64,000 nt of DNA from an uncultured bacterium. Its GTDB lineage: Bacteria > Fidelibacterota > Marinisomatia > Marinisomatales > UBA1611. Shown here piece by piece: positions 20,470 through 30,811 of the stretch (positions are counted from its first letter, which is position 1; each line of letters opens with the position of its first letter). A program made the translations under genes and the position numbers. The notes beneath the pieces were generated by a model. The model was given only the letters and a program-made list of their open reading frames with translations, ran no database searches and had not been told where the DNA came from. The stretch is from contig CALSPG010000010.1 in assembly GCA_943788175.1 (NCBI GenBank), positions 13,394-77,393 of the forward strand. Reading direction: 5' to 3'.

Positions 20470-21813
20470 TTAACCGCAAATTTTCAAACTAACTACTTTT
20501 GCCAAATTCATAAGCGAATTAATTCCTGCTTTTTCTATCGAATTAAAATCTGAACCACTTTCTTCAAAGATCTTTTGGTTGAAAAATTCTTCATTTGAAT
20601 TACTATCCCGAATGGTTAAGTGACCAGATGCATGAACAAAATTTGGATAAATTTTACTTATTTTATCGGCATTTTCTTGTGTTATGACATCAAGTTCTAT
20701 CGCAATACTCGATTCTTTTTTATTTCTCGTAAAACTCGCAGAATATTTCTTTTCAAAACACTTTTTAATTGCATCAACTACAGGTAAATCTTTTAAACTA
20801 TTATCGAAATTATTAAAGCTGTTTTCAAAAAACATATTTGGTGATTTTGGTATTACAGATAATTTGCACTTCTTTGGGCTTAACTTAAAAAGTTTGACTA
20901 AATCATCATTCAGCAAAACATTAAATGCTACGTTGAATTGAAGCTTATAGCCATTTGTAATTTGGTCTAATGATCTAACTTGGTATTCCATTGAACCATT
21001 TTCTTTTGATATCAATAAATCAGATTCATCAAAGCTCTCAGATCTGGCTTCAATCCATAATCCAGATAACATTTTTCCAGATAATAAATCTTTTGATATT
21101 AAAATAACTCTTCTGCTTTCATTTACTAATGGCATTTTTTGTAGATAATCTGATTTGTATGCCAACTGAATTCGGTCATTATAAGTATGAGTTATTTTTT
21201 TTAATTGTAGAATTAATTGAACTACATCTTTATCAATATTATTACTACTAATTAATGATCCGTAACCAATATAATTAATTATAAGACCTAAGGATTTTGA
21301 AATTCTTTTAAAGTTTTTTTCAGAAATATCGTCGCTAATATTATTAATAATTTGTTGAGCAAGGTGCAAGGTATCAGACAAATCATTTTCAAAAGCTTTT
21401 ATAAATGATTTTTTATCGAATTTTAACAAAGCATACAAATGATTTTTATCAATGAACTTCTCTGGTTTGGTAAAATATTTTGAGGCTCTTAAAATTCTTT
21501 TTTCAATAATAACATCCACGTACATACTAAAGTCTAAATTAGTAGAATCAGCAATGTTTTTCAGATGATTTAAAAAGTCATCTTCTATCATTTTTTCCAT
21601 TTGGTTATAGACTAAATCATTCAAGATTGAAGCTTCTTTTTTTTCAACTTTATAGACACTGTAAACATATGCACTATCATGTTGATGGTTTTCTACCCAT
21701 GCAGGCTTTATTACTTTTGGGGGCTTCTGTATTATAGGGGCAGGCTTAGATGAGCAACTGACAATAAATATTAATAGAACAAATGAAAAAATATGAATGA
21801 TAAATCTCATCAT
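20470..21813 (-). CDS. Hypothetical lipoprotein (paralog of adjacent gene)
   Basis: Lipobox IVSC; KPAWV; shares YNDRI/YNNRI, KKCFEKKY/KSCFESKY and IEKAGI/IERASI with neighbour. Confidence 0.6.
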   Translation of the reverse strand: MMRFIIHIFSFVLLIFIVSCSSKPAPIIQKPPKVIKPAWVENHQHDSAYVYSVYKVEKKEASILNDLVYNQMEKMIEDDFLNHLKNIADSTNLDFSMYVDVIIEKRILRASKYFTKPEKFIDKNHLYALLKFDKKSFIKAFENDLSDTLHLAQQIINNISDDISEKNFKRISKSLGLIINYIGYGSLISSNNIDKDVVQLILQLKKITHTYNDRIQLAYKSDYLQKMPLVNESRRVILISKDLLSGKMLSGLWIEARSESFDESDLLISKENGSMEYQVRSLDQITNGYKLQFNVAFNVLLNDDLVKLFKLSPKKCKLSVIPKSPNMFFENSFNNFDNSLKDLPVVDAIKKCFEKKYSASFTRNKKESSIAIELDVITQENADKISKIYPNFVHASGHLTIRDSNSNEEFFNQKIFEESGSDFNSIEKAGINSLMNLAKVVSLKICG

Positions 21814-22322
21814 AATGATTTGATATGATTTATCAAATCAAGAATCCCCATTTCGGAAAAATCTGTTTTGAAACTTATTTTAGCATTCCCTTTATTTAGA
21901 ACAACTATATAAGGCATGCTATTTATATTAAAAATTCTTGCTGCGATTTTATACTCATCAATTAAAATTGGTACCGTCCAAACATACTTCTGAACCATTG
22001 ATAACAAATCTAAATCGTTATCATAATCACTTATTAAAAAGTATTCAATCTTTGAATTTTGAATACTAGCTCTAATATTCTGTATCTCTGAAATTATTTT
22101 TTGAGATTTAAAATTTTCATGTCTGATAAACAGAAGGACTAAGTTTTTTTGAATAATTTTATTTTTAAAATGTACATGTTTAGCTGTTCCAAGTTTTTTT
22201 AACGATATTGTTTTAATACTTTCAGTTAAATATTCGTATTCTGGTAAGGTGATTGCAAAAGAAAAGCTGAAAAAACTAGCAATCAAAGTAATTGCTAGAT
22301 AAAAATATTTATATGTAATCAT
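21810..22322 (-). CDS. Secreted redoxin/thioredoxin-fold-like protein lacking CxxC
   Basis: Signal peptide; PILID...ARIFNINSMPYIVVLNK resembles a redoxin C-terminus; no Cys pair. Confidence 0.45.
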   Translation of the reverse strand: MITYKYFYLAITLIASFFSFSFAITLPEYEYLTESIKTISLKKLGTAKHVHFKNKIIQKNLVLLFIRHENFKSQKIISEIQNIRASIQNSKIEYFLISDYDNDLDLLSMVQKYVWTVPILIDEYKIAARIFNINSMPYIVVLNKGNAKISFKTDFSEMGILDLINHIKSL

Positions 22323-23271
22323 AGTTTGCAAGTATTTCCCTAAAAGCATTGAATTGTTCATAAGTCATGTCAAACTCATATAAATACTTACCTTTAAAAT
22401 ATACTCTTATTCTATTTGCATCAAAAAAACTTAATATTAAATCTGTATCAACCGAATCGTCAGATTTTTCTTGATTAGCAAACCTTGACTCAACTAATTC
22501 TTTATTTGATTTATTTACATCTATAATTATTCTCTTATTATTATCAGCTAATAATTCTATCTTGTTATAATTCATCCATTGCGGCTCGTGATAGTCTGAA
22601 CCACTTTTGTCAATATAAGTTGATTTCATTCTAAACTCACGATCCCCATCTTTATTTACAATCATATATAATTCAATTCCAAAAGATACAGTATGAGCAA
22701 CCTGACATAAAGTTGAACGTAAAGTTCGAAAATATGTTTCTCCAGTCTTTCTATCATAAATAGATTCTACATTAGTCTTTATTGAATCAACCATTTGCGA
22801 CGCTCTTTGCTGTTTGCGCTCATTTATTTTTTTTAATCTTAACTGCTCTTTTTCAATCTTCAATTTTTTCTTATTTGCTAAATTATATTTATTTTCAACT
22901 TTTTGCCGATCCCAATCTGGGTATTCCTCTGATAAAAGGATCAAAAGGTTCATACATTCATCAAATTGGCCAGAATCAAAATAACTATGTGCTTGAGAAT
23001 AAAGTGCGCCAGGCAATTGGGAGATGCTATCCATTTTAGTTCGCATAATTGACAACTCTTTTTCGAGTATTTTAATTTTTTCTAATTTGCTCTTTAGATT
23101 CTTGTTTTCGCTTTTAACATTTATTATTACAGCTTCTAAATCATCCACTTCTTCTTGAAGATAACTTACTTGACTTTTTAAGTCATCTTTTTGGCAGGCA
23201 GCAAAAAAAAACAAAACTATTGTGACTGAAAAGGCCCAAAAAAGATTTATAGTTTTAATGTGTTTTTTCAT
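22309..23271 (-). CDS. Hypothetical lipoprotein with coiled coil and single TPR-like helix pair
   Basis: Lipobox FAAC; heptad-rich N-terminus; LYSQAHSYFDSGQFDE...EEYPD. Confidence 0.6.
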   Translation of the reverse strand: MKKHIKTINLFWAFSVTIVLFFFAACQKDDLKSQVSYLQEEVDDLEAVIINVKSENKNLKSKLEKIKILEKELSIMRTKMDSISQLPGALYSQAHSYFDSGQFDECMNLLILLSEEYPDWDRQKVENKYNLANKKKLKIEKEQLRLKKINERKQQRASQMVDSIKTNVESIYDRKTGETYFRTLRSTLCQVAHTVSFGIELYMIVNKDGDREFRMKSTYIDKSGSDYHEPQWMNYNKIELLADNNKRIIIDVNKSNKELVESRFANQEKSDDSVDTDLILSFFDANRIRVYFKGKYLYEFDMTYEQFNAFREILANYDYI

Positions 23272-23277
23272 AAATAA

Positions 23278-24234
23278 TTATTTAAAGTCAAAACCCATTC
23301 CGACATAAAGAGAACCCCAATATGCATTACCACCATTATTAAAATTTATAGTATTAAATCTGCTCGACATTGAAATAGAGCACGGTAAAGAACCTAAAAA
23401 TAAATTTAAATTATAGCCAGCTACTAACCCTGAGCCATGGTCGTAATTTTGAGACCCTAAAACCAATTCTTTTACAAGATTTTCTCCACCTATTTTAATT
23501 ATTTTTGATATATTTAGATTAACAACCATACCACTTCCAATTCCGAAATAACTATCTAAAGTGTCAACTGAAGACGCAAAGGAATAGTTACTTGTTTCGT
23601 AACCAACATTTGTTAAAAAAGGGCCTATTTTTACACCAAAGGGGAACCGAATATTAAAAGATTTTTCAAAATATGACACTGAATTTGAAAGTGTAGAACC
23701 TCTTATTAATGCCTTACCGAAGTTTCCTCCAATTCTTAATCCGGAGAGGAGGCTTTTCATCGATTTTGAATCTTTAATCTTTTGAATTTTGTTTTCACTA
23801 TTAATTTTATTGAGGTTGTTTTTTTTATTAGAAAGACCATCTGCAGTCTGAATTATTTTAGGCATTTTGACTTGGTTACTAGCTTTAACAGAATCACTTT
23901 GTTTCATTGATGTGTTTTTATCAGTTACGATATCTTCGACTATGACAAATATTGATAATAAAGTATCAATATTGTTATCTATATAAGTTTCAAAACCTGC
24001 TTCTCTCCCACCCCAATCAAAACCATCTTTTAACTGTTCATCTTTGATGCCGAGAGAGTCTAACTTTTTAACTAAAATGTTATAAGCAACATTATCAAAC
24101 TCATCAGTTATTTTTAAACCGATTTTTTGTTTTAGGTTGTCAATTTTTTTGGTTTTGGGTTTTTCAAGACCTTCACAGAAAATAACAGAATAGAAAAATA
24201 AAATAAAAGCGAAATATTTACAGGTCATCGTCAT
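23278..24234 (-). CDS. Hypothetical secreted protein, possible C-terminal outer-membrane beta domain
   Basis: Signal peptide; alternating beta-strand pattern ending LYVGMGFDFK. Confidence 0.5.
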   Translation of the reverse strand: MTMTCKYFAFILFFYSVIFCEGLEKPKTKKIDNLKQKIGLKITDEFDNVAYNILVKKLDSLGIKDEQLKDGFDWGGREAGFETYIDNNIDTLLSIFVIVEDIVTDKNTSMKQSDSVKASNQVKMPKIIQTADGLSNKKNNLNKINSENKIQKIKDSKSMKSLLSGLRIGGNFGKALIRGSTLSNSVSYFEKSFNIRFPFGVKIGPFLTNVGYETSNYSFASSVDTLDSYFGIGSGMVVNLNISKIIKIGGENLVKELVLGSQNYDHGSGLVAGYNLNLFLGSLPCSISMSSRFNTINFNNGGNAYWGSLYVGMGFDFK

Positions 24235-25789
24235 TAAAAAACTGTGATAGTACTTTTTTGGGAGGTGGGTCAGTGAAAAGGCTTACAAATATCAATGCAA
24301 AAACAGACAATCCGGCTGCTGGGTATGTTAGTTCTTGTAAAAAAGGATGAAGGTTTTTAAAACCGCTCCAATTTGGTAACAAATATGTCCATATAATTGT
24401 AATACTAGAACCCGTTAAAATAGAAATGGCAGCACCTTCTTTTGTGGCTCTTTTCCAAAGAAAAGCAGCTAATAATGCAGGGGTGAGAGAAGCACCGTAT
24501 ATATTGTAAGCCGTAAACGCAGCGTTAAGAACTGTTTTAAATTGACTTACTAAAAGAAACGCTATCAGACCTAAAAATAGAACGAGCATACGACTAATGA
24601 AGATAACTTTTTTCTCAGTTGCATTTTTATTAATATATTTTTGATAGACATCTCTTGTCAAGTTTGTAGCTGGAATTAATAAAAACGAATCAGCTGTAGA
24701 AACAATAATTGCCATCATCGTGGAAACTAAGATTAAACCAATTATTAGTGGCAAACCTCCATGTATTGCTATAGCGGGAATGACTGATTCACTTCCAGAC
24801 TGCCTAGCTGAGAGCAATTCATCTTCGGATGGAGATAATCCTAATATTTCAGCATTTCGAACGACTATTCCTTGTTCGTTTTGAACAATATCAGGCATGA
24901 TACCCTGCTCAGCTGCAACACTTCCTGTTAGTCCAAGAAAAGAGATACTCGATTCTAGAATCACAACACCAACAACCCAGAAAAAGACTGCTTTTTTTGC
25001 AGAACCGCCATCCTTTGCACTAAAAATTCTTTGATACATATTTGCATCACCCATTAGAAGAAGCATTGTGGGAACAAAAAAACTAAGGGCAATTATAGGG
25101 CCAGAAATATCTCCAGTGCGTTCGGCTGACCAATTGCCAAACAGGCTCCACTTACCTGCCTGATCAGCAATTTGTATCATTTCCTCAATGCCACCAATAT
25201 TTATCAACATAAACATTAGTGCAGCTAGAACACCGATCGTAATCAAAACTCCATTTACAACATCAGTGTAGACAACTGAAAACATACCTGCCAGGACAGT
25301 GTAAGAAATTGCAAATACCGCTGTAATAATAATCCCAATCTCTAGCGATATCATACCATTTGAAACCATTTCTAAGACCTTACCACCGCCTCTAAATTGA
25401 TACGATACAATAGTCGTATAAGCGATAACCGTAATAATTGTCGCTAATAATGCAGCAAATCGTCCATAGCGAATCTCAAAAATATCAGGAACAGTTATTT
25501 TGCCAAAGTTTCTGATTCTTTTAGCTATGAAGTAAATGAGTGTTATACCTAACCATGCACCAGCACTTGACCAAAGAGCAGCTGGCCCGTTACGGTAACC
25601 TAATCCAGCACCACTAAACAACGATCCACTTCCCATCCACGTTGCAAGTAAAGTGCCTACTAGGATATACCAAGGTAAAACTCTTCCAGCGACCATAAAA
25701 TCTTCGCTATTTTTTACCATTTTGGTTTTATAAATACCAACACCGACTAGAGCAAAAAGATAGATAGCAATAGAGACAGTATATATCAT
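24218..25789 (-). CDS. Sodium:solute symporter (SSS) family transporter
   Basis: DFMVAGR, YTVLAGMFSVVYTD, YQRIFSAK, STADS, WKRATKEGA; multiple TM segments. Confidence 0.93.
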   Translation of the reverse strand: MIYTVSIAIYLFALVGVGIYKTKMVKNSEDFMVAGRVLPWYILVGTLLATWMGSGSLFSGAGLGYRNGPAALWSSAGAWLGITLIYFIAKRIRNFGKITVPDIFEIRYGRFAALLATIITVIAYTTIVSYQFRGGGKVLEMVSNGMISLEIGIIITAVFAISYTVLAGMFSVVYTDVVNGVLITIGVLAALMFMLINIGGIEEMIQIADQAGKWSLFGNWSAERTGDISGPIIALSFFVPTMLLLMGDANMYQRIFSAKDGGSAKKAVFFWVVGVVILESSISFLGLTGSVAAEQGIMPDIVQNEQGIVVRNAEILGLSPSEDELLSARQSGSESVIPAIAIHGGLPLIIGLILVSTMMAIIVSTADSFLLIPATNLTRDVYQKYINKNATEKKVIFISRMLVLFLGLIAFLLVSQFKTVLNAAFTAYNIYGASLTPALLAAFLWKRATKEGAAISILTGSSITIIWTYLLPNWSGFKNLHPFLQELTYPAAGLSVFALIFVSLFTDPPPKKVLSQFFNDDDL

Positions 25790-25898
25790 TATATTAAAAT
25801 ATATCTGCTTCTATTGTCTAAATACAGAACTATTTATTTAAACATTTAATATAAATTAACTTTAATATGCGTATCAGATATAAAAGAACTTATTTATC

Positions 25899-28049
25899 AT
25901 GATTAAAAACCCAAACTACCTATTATTACTTCTATTAGTTATAGTAGGCTGTTCGAAAAAAAATGAAAGAGGCGGTAAAATGAACAGACTCGGAGAATCT
26001 CAAAGTCCTTATTTACTTCAACACAAAAATAACCCCGTTGATTGGTACCCTTGGAGTGAAGATGCTTTCAATAAGGCAAAAAAACAAAACAAACCGATTT
26101 TTCTATCCATTGGATATTCAACTTGTCATTGGTGTCATGTTATGGAACATGAATCTTTTGAAGATAATGAAGTCGCTAAACTGATGAATGATAATTTTAT
26201 TTCAATCAAAGTCGATCGTGAAGAAATGCCAGAAATTGACCATCTTTACATGTCAGTTTGTCAAGCGATGACTGGCAGAGGTGGATGGCCATTGACGATT
26301 GTAATGACACCGGAGAAAGAACCTTTTTTCGCAGGAACTTACTTCCCTAAAAAAGGTAACAACAACCAGCCTGGCATGATGGAACTCATTCCATCTTTAA
26401 TGAATGCCTGGAATAATAAACAAGATGATATAAAAAAAACAATTGAACAAGTAAATAACTACTTAATAAGGTCAAATAATTACGAAGGCAGTAAGCAGAT
26501 AAATGAAGAAACAATTAAAAATGCATTTGTGAACTTTAGCAAAAGATTTGATAATGAGTTTGGCGGTTTCGGGGACTCGCCGAAGTTTCCATCTCCTCAC
26601 AACCTCATTTTTTTACTTCGCTATTATAAAACTTATGGTGATACGATTGCAAAAAACATGGCCATTGAAACACTTCAGCATATGAGGGCTGGAGGAATTT
26701 TTGATCATATCGGATATGGTTTCCATCGTTATGCTACAGACAAACGCTGGTTTCTACCTCACTTTGAAAAAATGCTCTATGACCAAGCCATGATTTCAAT
26801 GGCATACTTAGAAGCTTTTAAAGCGACAAAAGATAAAAGTCTAGCAAAAACCACTGAGGATATTTTTACATATGTAATTCGAGATATGATGAAAAAAAAT
26901 GGAGGTTTTTATTCAGCTGAAGATGCAGATAGTGAAGGTGAGGAAGGCAAATTTTACATTTGGACGGATAAAGAAATAAATCATGTCTTAGGCAAAGAAA
27001 AAGGAGAAATTTTTCAAAAAGTATATGGAATAAGAAGAGAAGGAAATTTTATCGATGAAGCATCAGGTCGTGCAATGCCTGGGAACATACCTTTTTTAAA
27101 GTCAAGTTTACCTGCATTTGCAAAATTAGAGAACCTAGATATAAATGAACTGTCTAAATCAATTGATGAAAGTAGAGAGCTTTTATTTATTGAAAGAGAA
27201 AAAAGAATTCACCCTCTAAAAGATGATAAGATATTAACAGATTGGAATGGGCTAATGATTGCTGCCATGGCAAAAGGCGGAAAAATTTTAAAAAAGCCTG
27301 TTTACATAGATGCTGCCATTAAATCTGCTGATTTCATTATTAAAAATTTGAGAGATAGTGACGGAAAACTCAAAAAAAGGTATAGAAATAATCAGGCTGG
27401 ATTACAACCACATATAGATGACTATGCATTTTTTATTTGGGGTATTCTAGAACTATATGAAGCAACATTCGAAACTCGCTTTCTAATGTCTGCTTTAGAA
27501 TTATCAAAAATCATGGTTGATGATTTTTATGATGAAAAAAAGGGCGGGTTTTTTATTGGCCCAAATGACGGGGAAAAACTAATTATTAGAGCCAAAGATA
27601 GCTATGATGGAGCTATTCCTTCGGGCAATGCAGTTGCAGCAATGAATTGTATAAAATTAAGTAAGTATACTGGTGACTTGAAGTGGGAAAAAATCGCATT
27701 CAAAACAATTAAAGCTTTTTCAAACAAAATTAACCAAGCTCCTTCAGCTCATGCTTCAATGTTAAGTTCATTTATGTTCGGAACAAAAAATCCAAAAGAA
27801 ATAGTCGTTGTGGGCAAAGAGCTGAATGGCGAAGTAATTGATAAAATTAAACAGCTTCAAAGTAATTATAACCCCCATACTATTTATATATTTAAATCAT
27901 CAAATGGTGACTCTGATTTGGACAATATTGCACCCTGGACTAAAACACACCATTCAATAAATAATAAAACAACTTATTATATTTGTGAGAATTTTTCCTG
28001 CAAAATGCCCACAACTGAAATTAAAACAGCTTTGAATTATCTTGATTAA
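25899..28049 (+). CDS. YyaL/SPATA20-like thioredoxin-domain protein
   Basis: MNRL...[52 protein letters not shown]; true start may be the internal MNRL. Confidence 0.93.
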   Translation: MIKNPNYLLLLLLVIVGCSKKNERGGKMNRLGESQSPYLLQHKNNPVDWYPWSEDAFNKAKKQNKPIFLSIGYSTCHWCHVMEHESFEDNEVAKLMNDNFISIKVDREEMPEIDHLYMSVCQAMTGRGGWPLTIVMTPEKEPFFAGTYFPKKGNNNQPGMMELIPSLMNAWNNKQDDIKKTIEQVNNYLIRSNNYEGSKQINEETIKNAFVNFSKRFDNEFGGFGDSPKFPSPHNLIFLLRYYKTYGDTIAKNMAIETLQHMRAGGIFDHIGYGFHRYATDKRWFLPHFEKMLYDQAMISMAYLEAFKATKDKSLAKTTEDIFTYVIRDMMKKNGGFYSAEDADSEGEEGKFYIWTDKEINHVLGKEKGEIFQKVYGIRREGNFIDEASGRAMPGNIPFLKSSLPAFAKLENLDINELSKSIDESRELLFIEREKRIHPLKDDKILTDWNGLMIAAMAKGGKILKKPVYIDAAIKSADFIIKNLRDSDGKLKKRYRNNQAGLQPHIDDYAFFIWGILELYEATFETRFLMSALELSKIMVDDFYDEKKGGFFIGPNDGEKLIIRAKDSYDGAIPSGNAVAAMNCIKLSKYTGDLKWEKIAFKTIKAFSNKINQAPSAHASMLSSFMFGTKNPKEIVVVGKELNGEVIDKIKQLQSNYNPHTIYIFKSSNGDSDLDNIAPWTKTHHSINNKTTYYICENFSCKMPTTEIKTALNYLD

Positions 28050-28107
28050 TTATCTTGAATATATTTTTTCAAATTTTAATTATTAGTGATACATTGCAAG
28101 GCTGCAT

Positions 28108-29400
28108 ATGAAAAATCTAGCATTACATTGGAAAATCATCATAGGATTAGTTTTAGGGCTAATATATGGAATAATAAGCGCATCTAATGGTTGGGGTACA
28201 TTTACCACCAATTGGATTGCTCCTTTTGGCACAATATTTATTAATTTGCTAAAACTCATAGCAGTTCCATTAGTATTTGCTTCCTTAGTATTAGGTGTAG
28301 CCTCACTATCAGATACTAAAAAACTATCAAGGATAGGTGGAAAAACAATTTTAATATATTTATCTACTACATTGATATCTGTTATAATTGGACTTTTTCT
28401 AGTGAATTCTTTAAAGCCTGGGAACCAGATTCCAGAACAGATGAAAATTGAACTCCAAGATACTTATAAAAAAAACCTGGAGTCAAAAACTGATAATGCT
28501 GAAAAAGTGAAAAAAAGAGGTCCTTTAAAACCGCTTGTTGACATGGTCCCAAATAATATTGTTTTTTCAGCATCAAATAATAGAAATATGCTACAGATTG
28601 TTTTTGTAGCAATTCTAGTAGGCATCGGACTTATTCAAATACCAAAGAATAAATCAAAAGAGTTTTTAGGTTTTTTTGAGGGTCTAAACGAAGTAGTTCT
28701 TAAAGTAATTGATATAATTATGCTTATGGCACCTTTAGGAGTTTTTGCACTTATTTCCCAAACAATTAATAAGGTAGTTGGCGATAACATCAGCCAGGTA
28801 ATAGAACTCATCAGTGCATTAGGATTCTATATGTTCACGTTAACATTAGGTCTCTTTTTACATGTTATTATTACTTATCTATCGCTGTTAAAAATTTATT
28901 CTAGAATGCCCATAGAAAAATTTTTTAAAGGCATAGCACCTGCTCAATTATTAGCATTTTCTACAAGCTCTAGTGGAGCCACATTGCCAATAACCATGGA
29001 AAGATGCGAAGAGGAGCTCGGCGTATCTGAGGAGGTATCATCTTTTGTCTTGCCTCTTGGCGCAACCATAAACATGGATGGAACAGCACAGTATCAAGCT
29101 GTAGCAGCAGTATTTATTTCTCAGGCACTAGGTATGGATTTATCATTAACGGATCAAGTCACGATTGTTTTGACAACAGTTTTAGCCTCAATTGGTACAG
29201 CAGCGGTACCAGCAGCAGGTATTATTATGTTAATTATTATACTAGAATCAGTAGGAGTTCCAAGTGCTGGTGTTGCTCTTATTCTAGGCGTAGATAGAAT
29301 TTTAGACATGATTAGAACTACCGTAAATGTAACTGGAGATGCAGCTGTTGCGGTTTCAGTAGCAAGTAGCGAAAAGCAATTAAAATCATATAGTAAATAA
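28108..29400 (+). CDS. Dicarboxylate/amino acid:cation symporter (DAACS, GltP-like)
   Basis: AFSTSSSGATLP, GATINMDGT, GVDRILDMIRTTVNVTGD. Confidence 0.95.
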   Translation: MKNLALHWKIIIGLVLGLIYGIISASNGWGTFTTNWIAPFGTIFINLLKLIAVPLVFASLVLGVASLSDTKKLSRIGGKTILIYLSTTLISVIIGLFLVNSLKPGNQIPEQMKIELQDTYKKNLESKTDNAEKVKKRGPLKPLVDMVPNNIVFSASNNRNMLQIVFVAILVGIGLIQIPKNKSKEFLGFFEGLNEVVLKVIDIIMLMAPLGVFALISQTINKVVGDNISQVIELISALGFYMFTLTLGLFLHVIITYLSLLKIYSRMPIEKFFKGIAPAQLLAFSTSSSGATLPITMERCEEELGVSEEVSSFVLPLGATINMDGTAQYQAVAAVFISQALGMDLSLTDQVTIVLTTVLASIGTAAVPAAGIIMLIIILESVGVPSAGVALILGVDRILDMIRTTVNVTGDAAVAVSVASSEKQLKSYSK

Positions 29401-29450
29401 TGTTTTTTATAAAGCATAAAGGGAATAATTTCCATGATAATTAAAAAAAT

Positions 29451-29627
29451 AATTTGGGCGGGTTCTGTTAATTCCGGATCGACAATTATATAATTAGGAG
29501 GCTGTACTTCGTTTTCAAAAAACAGGCCTTTCCAAATTTTAATTTGGATCAAGGAAGTTTGCTAAAAGCGGGAGGCCACCACCGTTCTTTAAACTAAGAA
29601 GGGTCCTGAAAACTGCCTGCCCATATT
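29451..29627 (+). ncRNA. ssrS: 6S RNA
   Basis: ~177-nt rod: closing stem TGGGCGGGT/GCCTGCCCA, GGATC/GGTCC helix, AT-rich central bubble (ACAATTATATAATT) opposite a small TTCTT..AAGAA hairpin, GGAGGCT/GGCCACC helix, apical CCAAATT/AATTTGG hairpin. GC-rich island in AT-rich DNA. Folded by eye; no covariance search run. Confidence 0.78.
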
Positions 29628-29636
29628 TCTAAAAAT

Positions 29637-30800
29637 ATGAATAATAATAATAATAATAATAAAAGAAATAGAATTCCGAGAGGCTATCTTCCTGAAGATT
29701 CTGATAGACGTCTAGATTGGCTCAAGAATGAACATGATTTTGAATTAAAAAACCTGCCACCTAATGAAACTGAAGAGTTAAAAGGTATTATAGAAAACCA
29801 TGTCGGTTTTATGCAAATGCCAATGGCAATTGCTGGACCAGCAATCATTGATGGTAAATATGCTAAAGGTGAGTTTGCAATACCTTTATGTACAATTGAA
29901 GGTAGTTTAGCGGCATCAATGAATCGCGGTCTTTATGCATCCTCTTTATGCGGTGGAATGAAGGTAAAACACTTTCGTCAAGAGCTTTCAAGATCACCAA
30001 TTTTTATTTTTGATGATTTAAAAAAGAGTGATAAATTTCAAAACTGGGTAAATGAGCACTTAGATAAAATCAAAAAAGCAGCGCAATCTACCACACAATA
30101 CGGTAAAGTGATTCGAATTGATCAATATGCAATTCAAAATTATGTTTTATTAGATTTTATTCTTGATACTGGGAATGCTGCCGGGCAAAACATGGTAACT
30201 CTAGCCACAAATGTTGCTTGTGAATATATTAGACAAGAAACGGGACATAAATTTTTTCTTGATTCAAATTTAGCCAGCGATAAAAAAGCATCTTCTAGGA
30301 ACATGATACTCGGCAGAGGTCACGGTGTTATTGCAGAAACGCACATAACAAAATCCGTTATGTCTAGGGTCCTTAATGTTGATCCCGATTTTGTTATAGA
30401 AAATTGGACTTACTTTCCTATTGTATCAGCGATGGCGGGAACCCTTGGAAATGCCATCCATGCTTCAAACGCTCTGACAGCAATTTACATTGCAACGGGT
30501 CAAGATACTGCCTGCGTTGCAGAAAACTCTGTTGGACATTTTACAGTGGAAAAAGTTGACGACGGTATTACTTGGAGATTAACCTTACCATCAATGACTG
30601 TTGGCACAGTTGGTGGCGGAACTAGATTAAATCAACAACAACAAAACTTACAACTTTTAGGCTGCGACAGTAGTGAGCATTCATCTAGAAAGCTTGCTGA
30701 AATCATAGCTGCAGCTGCTTTAGGTCTAGAAATTTCATTAGGATCAGCAATCATGTCCCATACATGGACAAGTGCGCATATGAAATACGGTAGAAAATAA
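29637..30800 (+). CDS. Class I HMG-CoA reductase-like acyl-CoA reductase
   Basis: ENHVG, PLCTIEGSLAAS (E88), NAAGQNM, SNLASDKK (K216), GQD (D290), VGTVGGGT, C-terminal AHMK (H381). Confidence 0.9.
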   Translation: MNNNNNNNKRNRIPRGYLPEDSDRRLDWLKNEHDFELKNLPPNETEELKGIIENHVGFMQMPMAIAGPAIIDGKYAKGEFAIPLCTIEGSLAASMNRGLYASSLCGGMKVKHFRQELSRSPIFIFDDLKKSDKFQNWVNEHLDKIKKAAQSTTQYGKVIRIDQYAIQNYVLLDFILDTGNAAGQNMVTLATNVACEYIRQETGHKFFLDSNLASDKKASSRNMILGRGHGVIAETHITKSVMSRVLNVDPDFVIENWTYFPIVSAMAGTLGNAIHASNALTAIYIATGQDTACVAENSVGHFTVEKVDDGITWRLTLPSMTVGTVGGGTRLNQQQQNLQLLGCDSSEHSSRKLAEIIAAAALGLEISLGSAIMSHTWTSAHMKYGRK

Positions 30801-30811
30801 AAAACACTACT

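Noticed and set aside
28035-28058. Direct repeat AATTATCTTGA x2 at the yyaL stop
   Set aside because: Only two short AT-rich copies; not an array and no supportable function.
29455-29623. Alternative reading of the structured intergenic RNA as a riboswitch (ZTP, glycine, SAM, cobalamin)
   Set aside because: I found no matching aptamer consensus or expression platform; end-to-end pairing with a central bubble fits 6S better.
29640-29660. (AAT)7 microsatellite encoding poly-Asn at the HMGR-like N-terminus
   Set aside because: In-frame triplet in a probably disordered tail; slippage would not switch expression.
29637-30800. Calling a mevalonate pathway or archaeal-type (GGGP synthase) lipid cluster
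   Set aside because: No HMG-CoA synthase, mevalonate kinases, GGGPS or DGGGPS in the window; cannot be excluded elsewhere in the genome.
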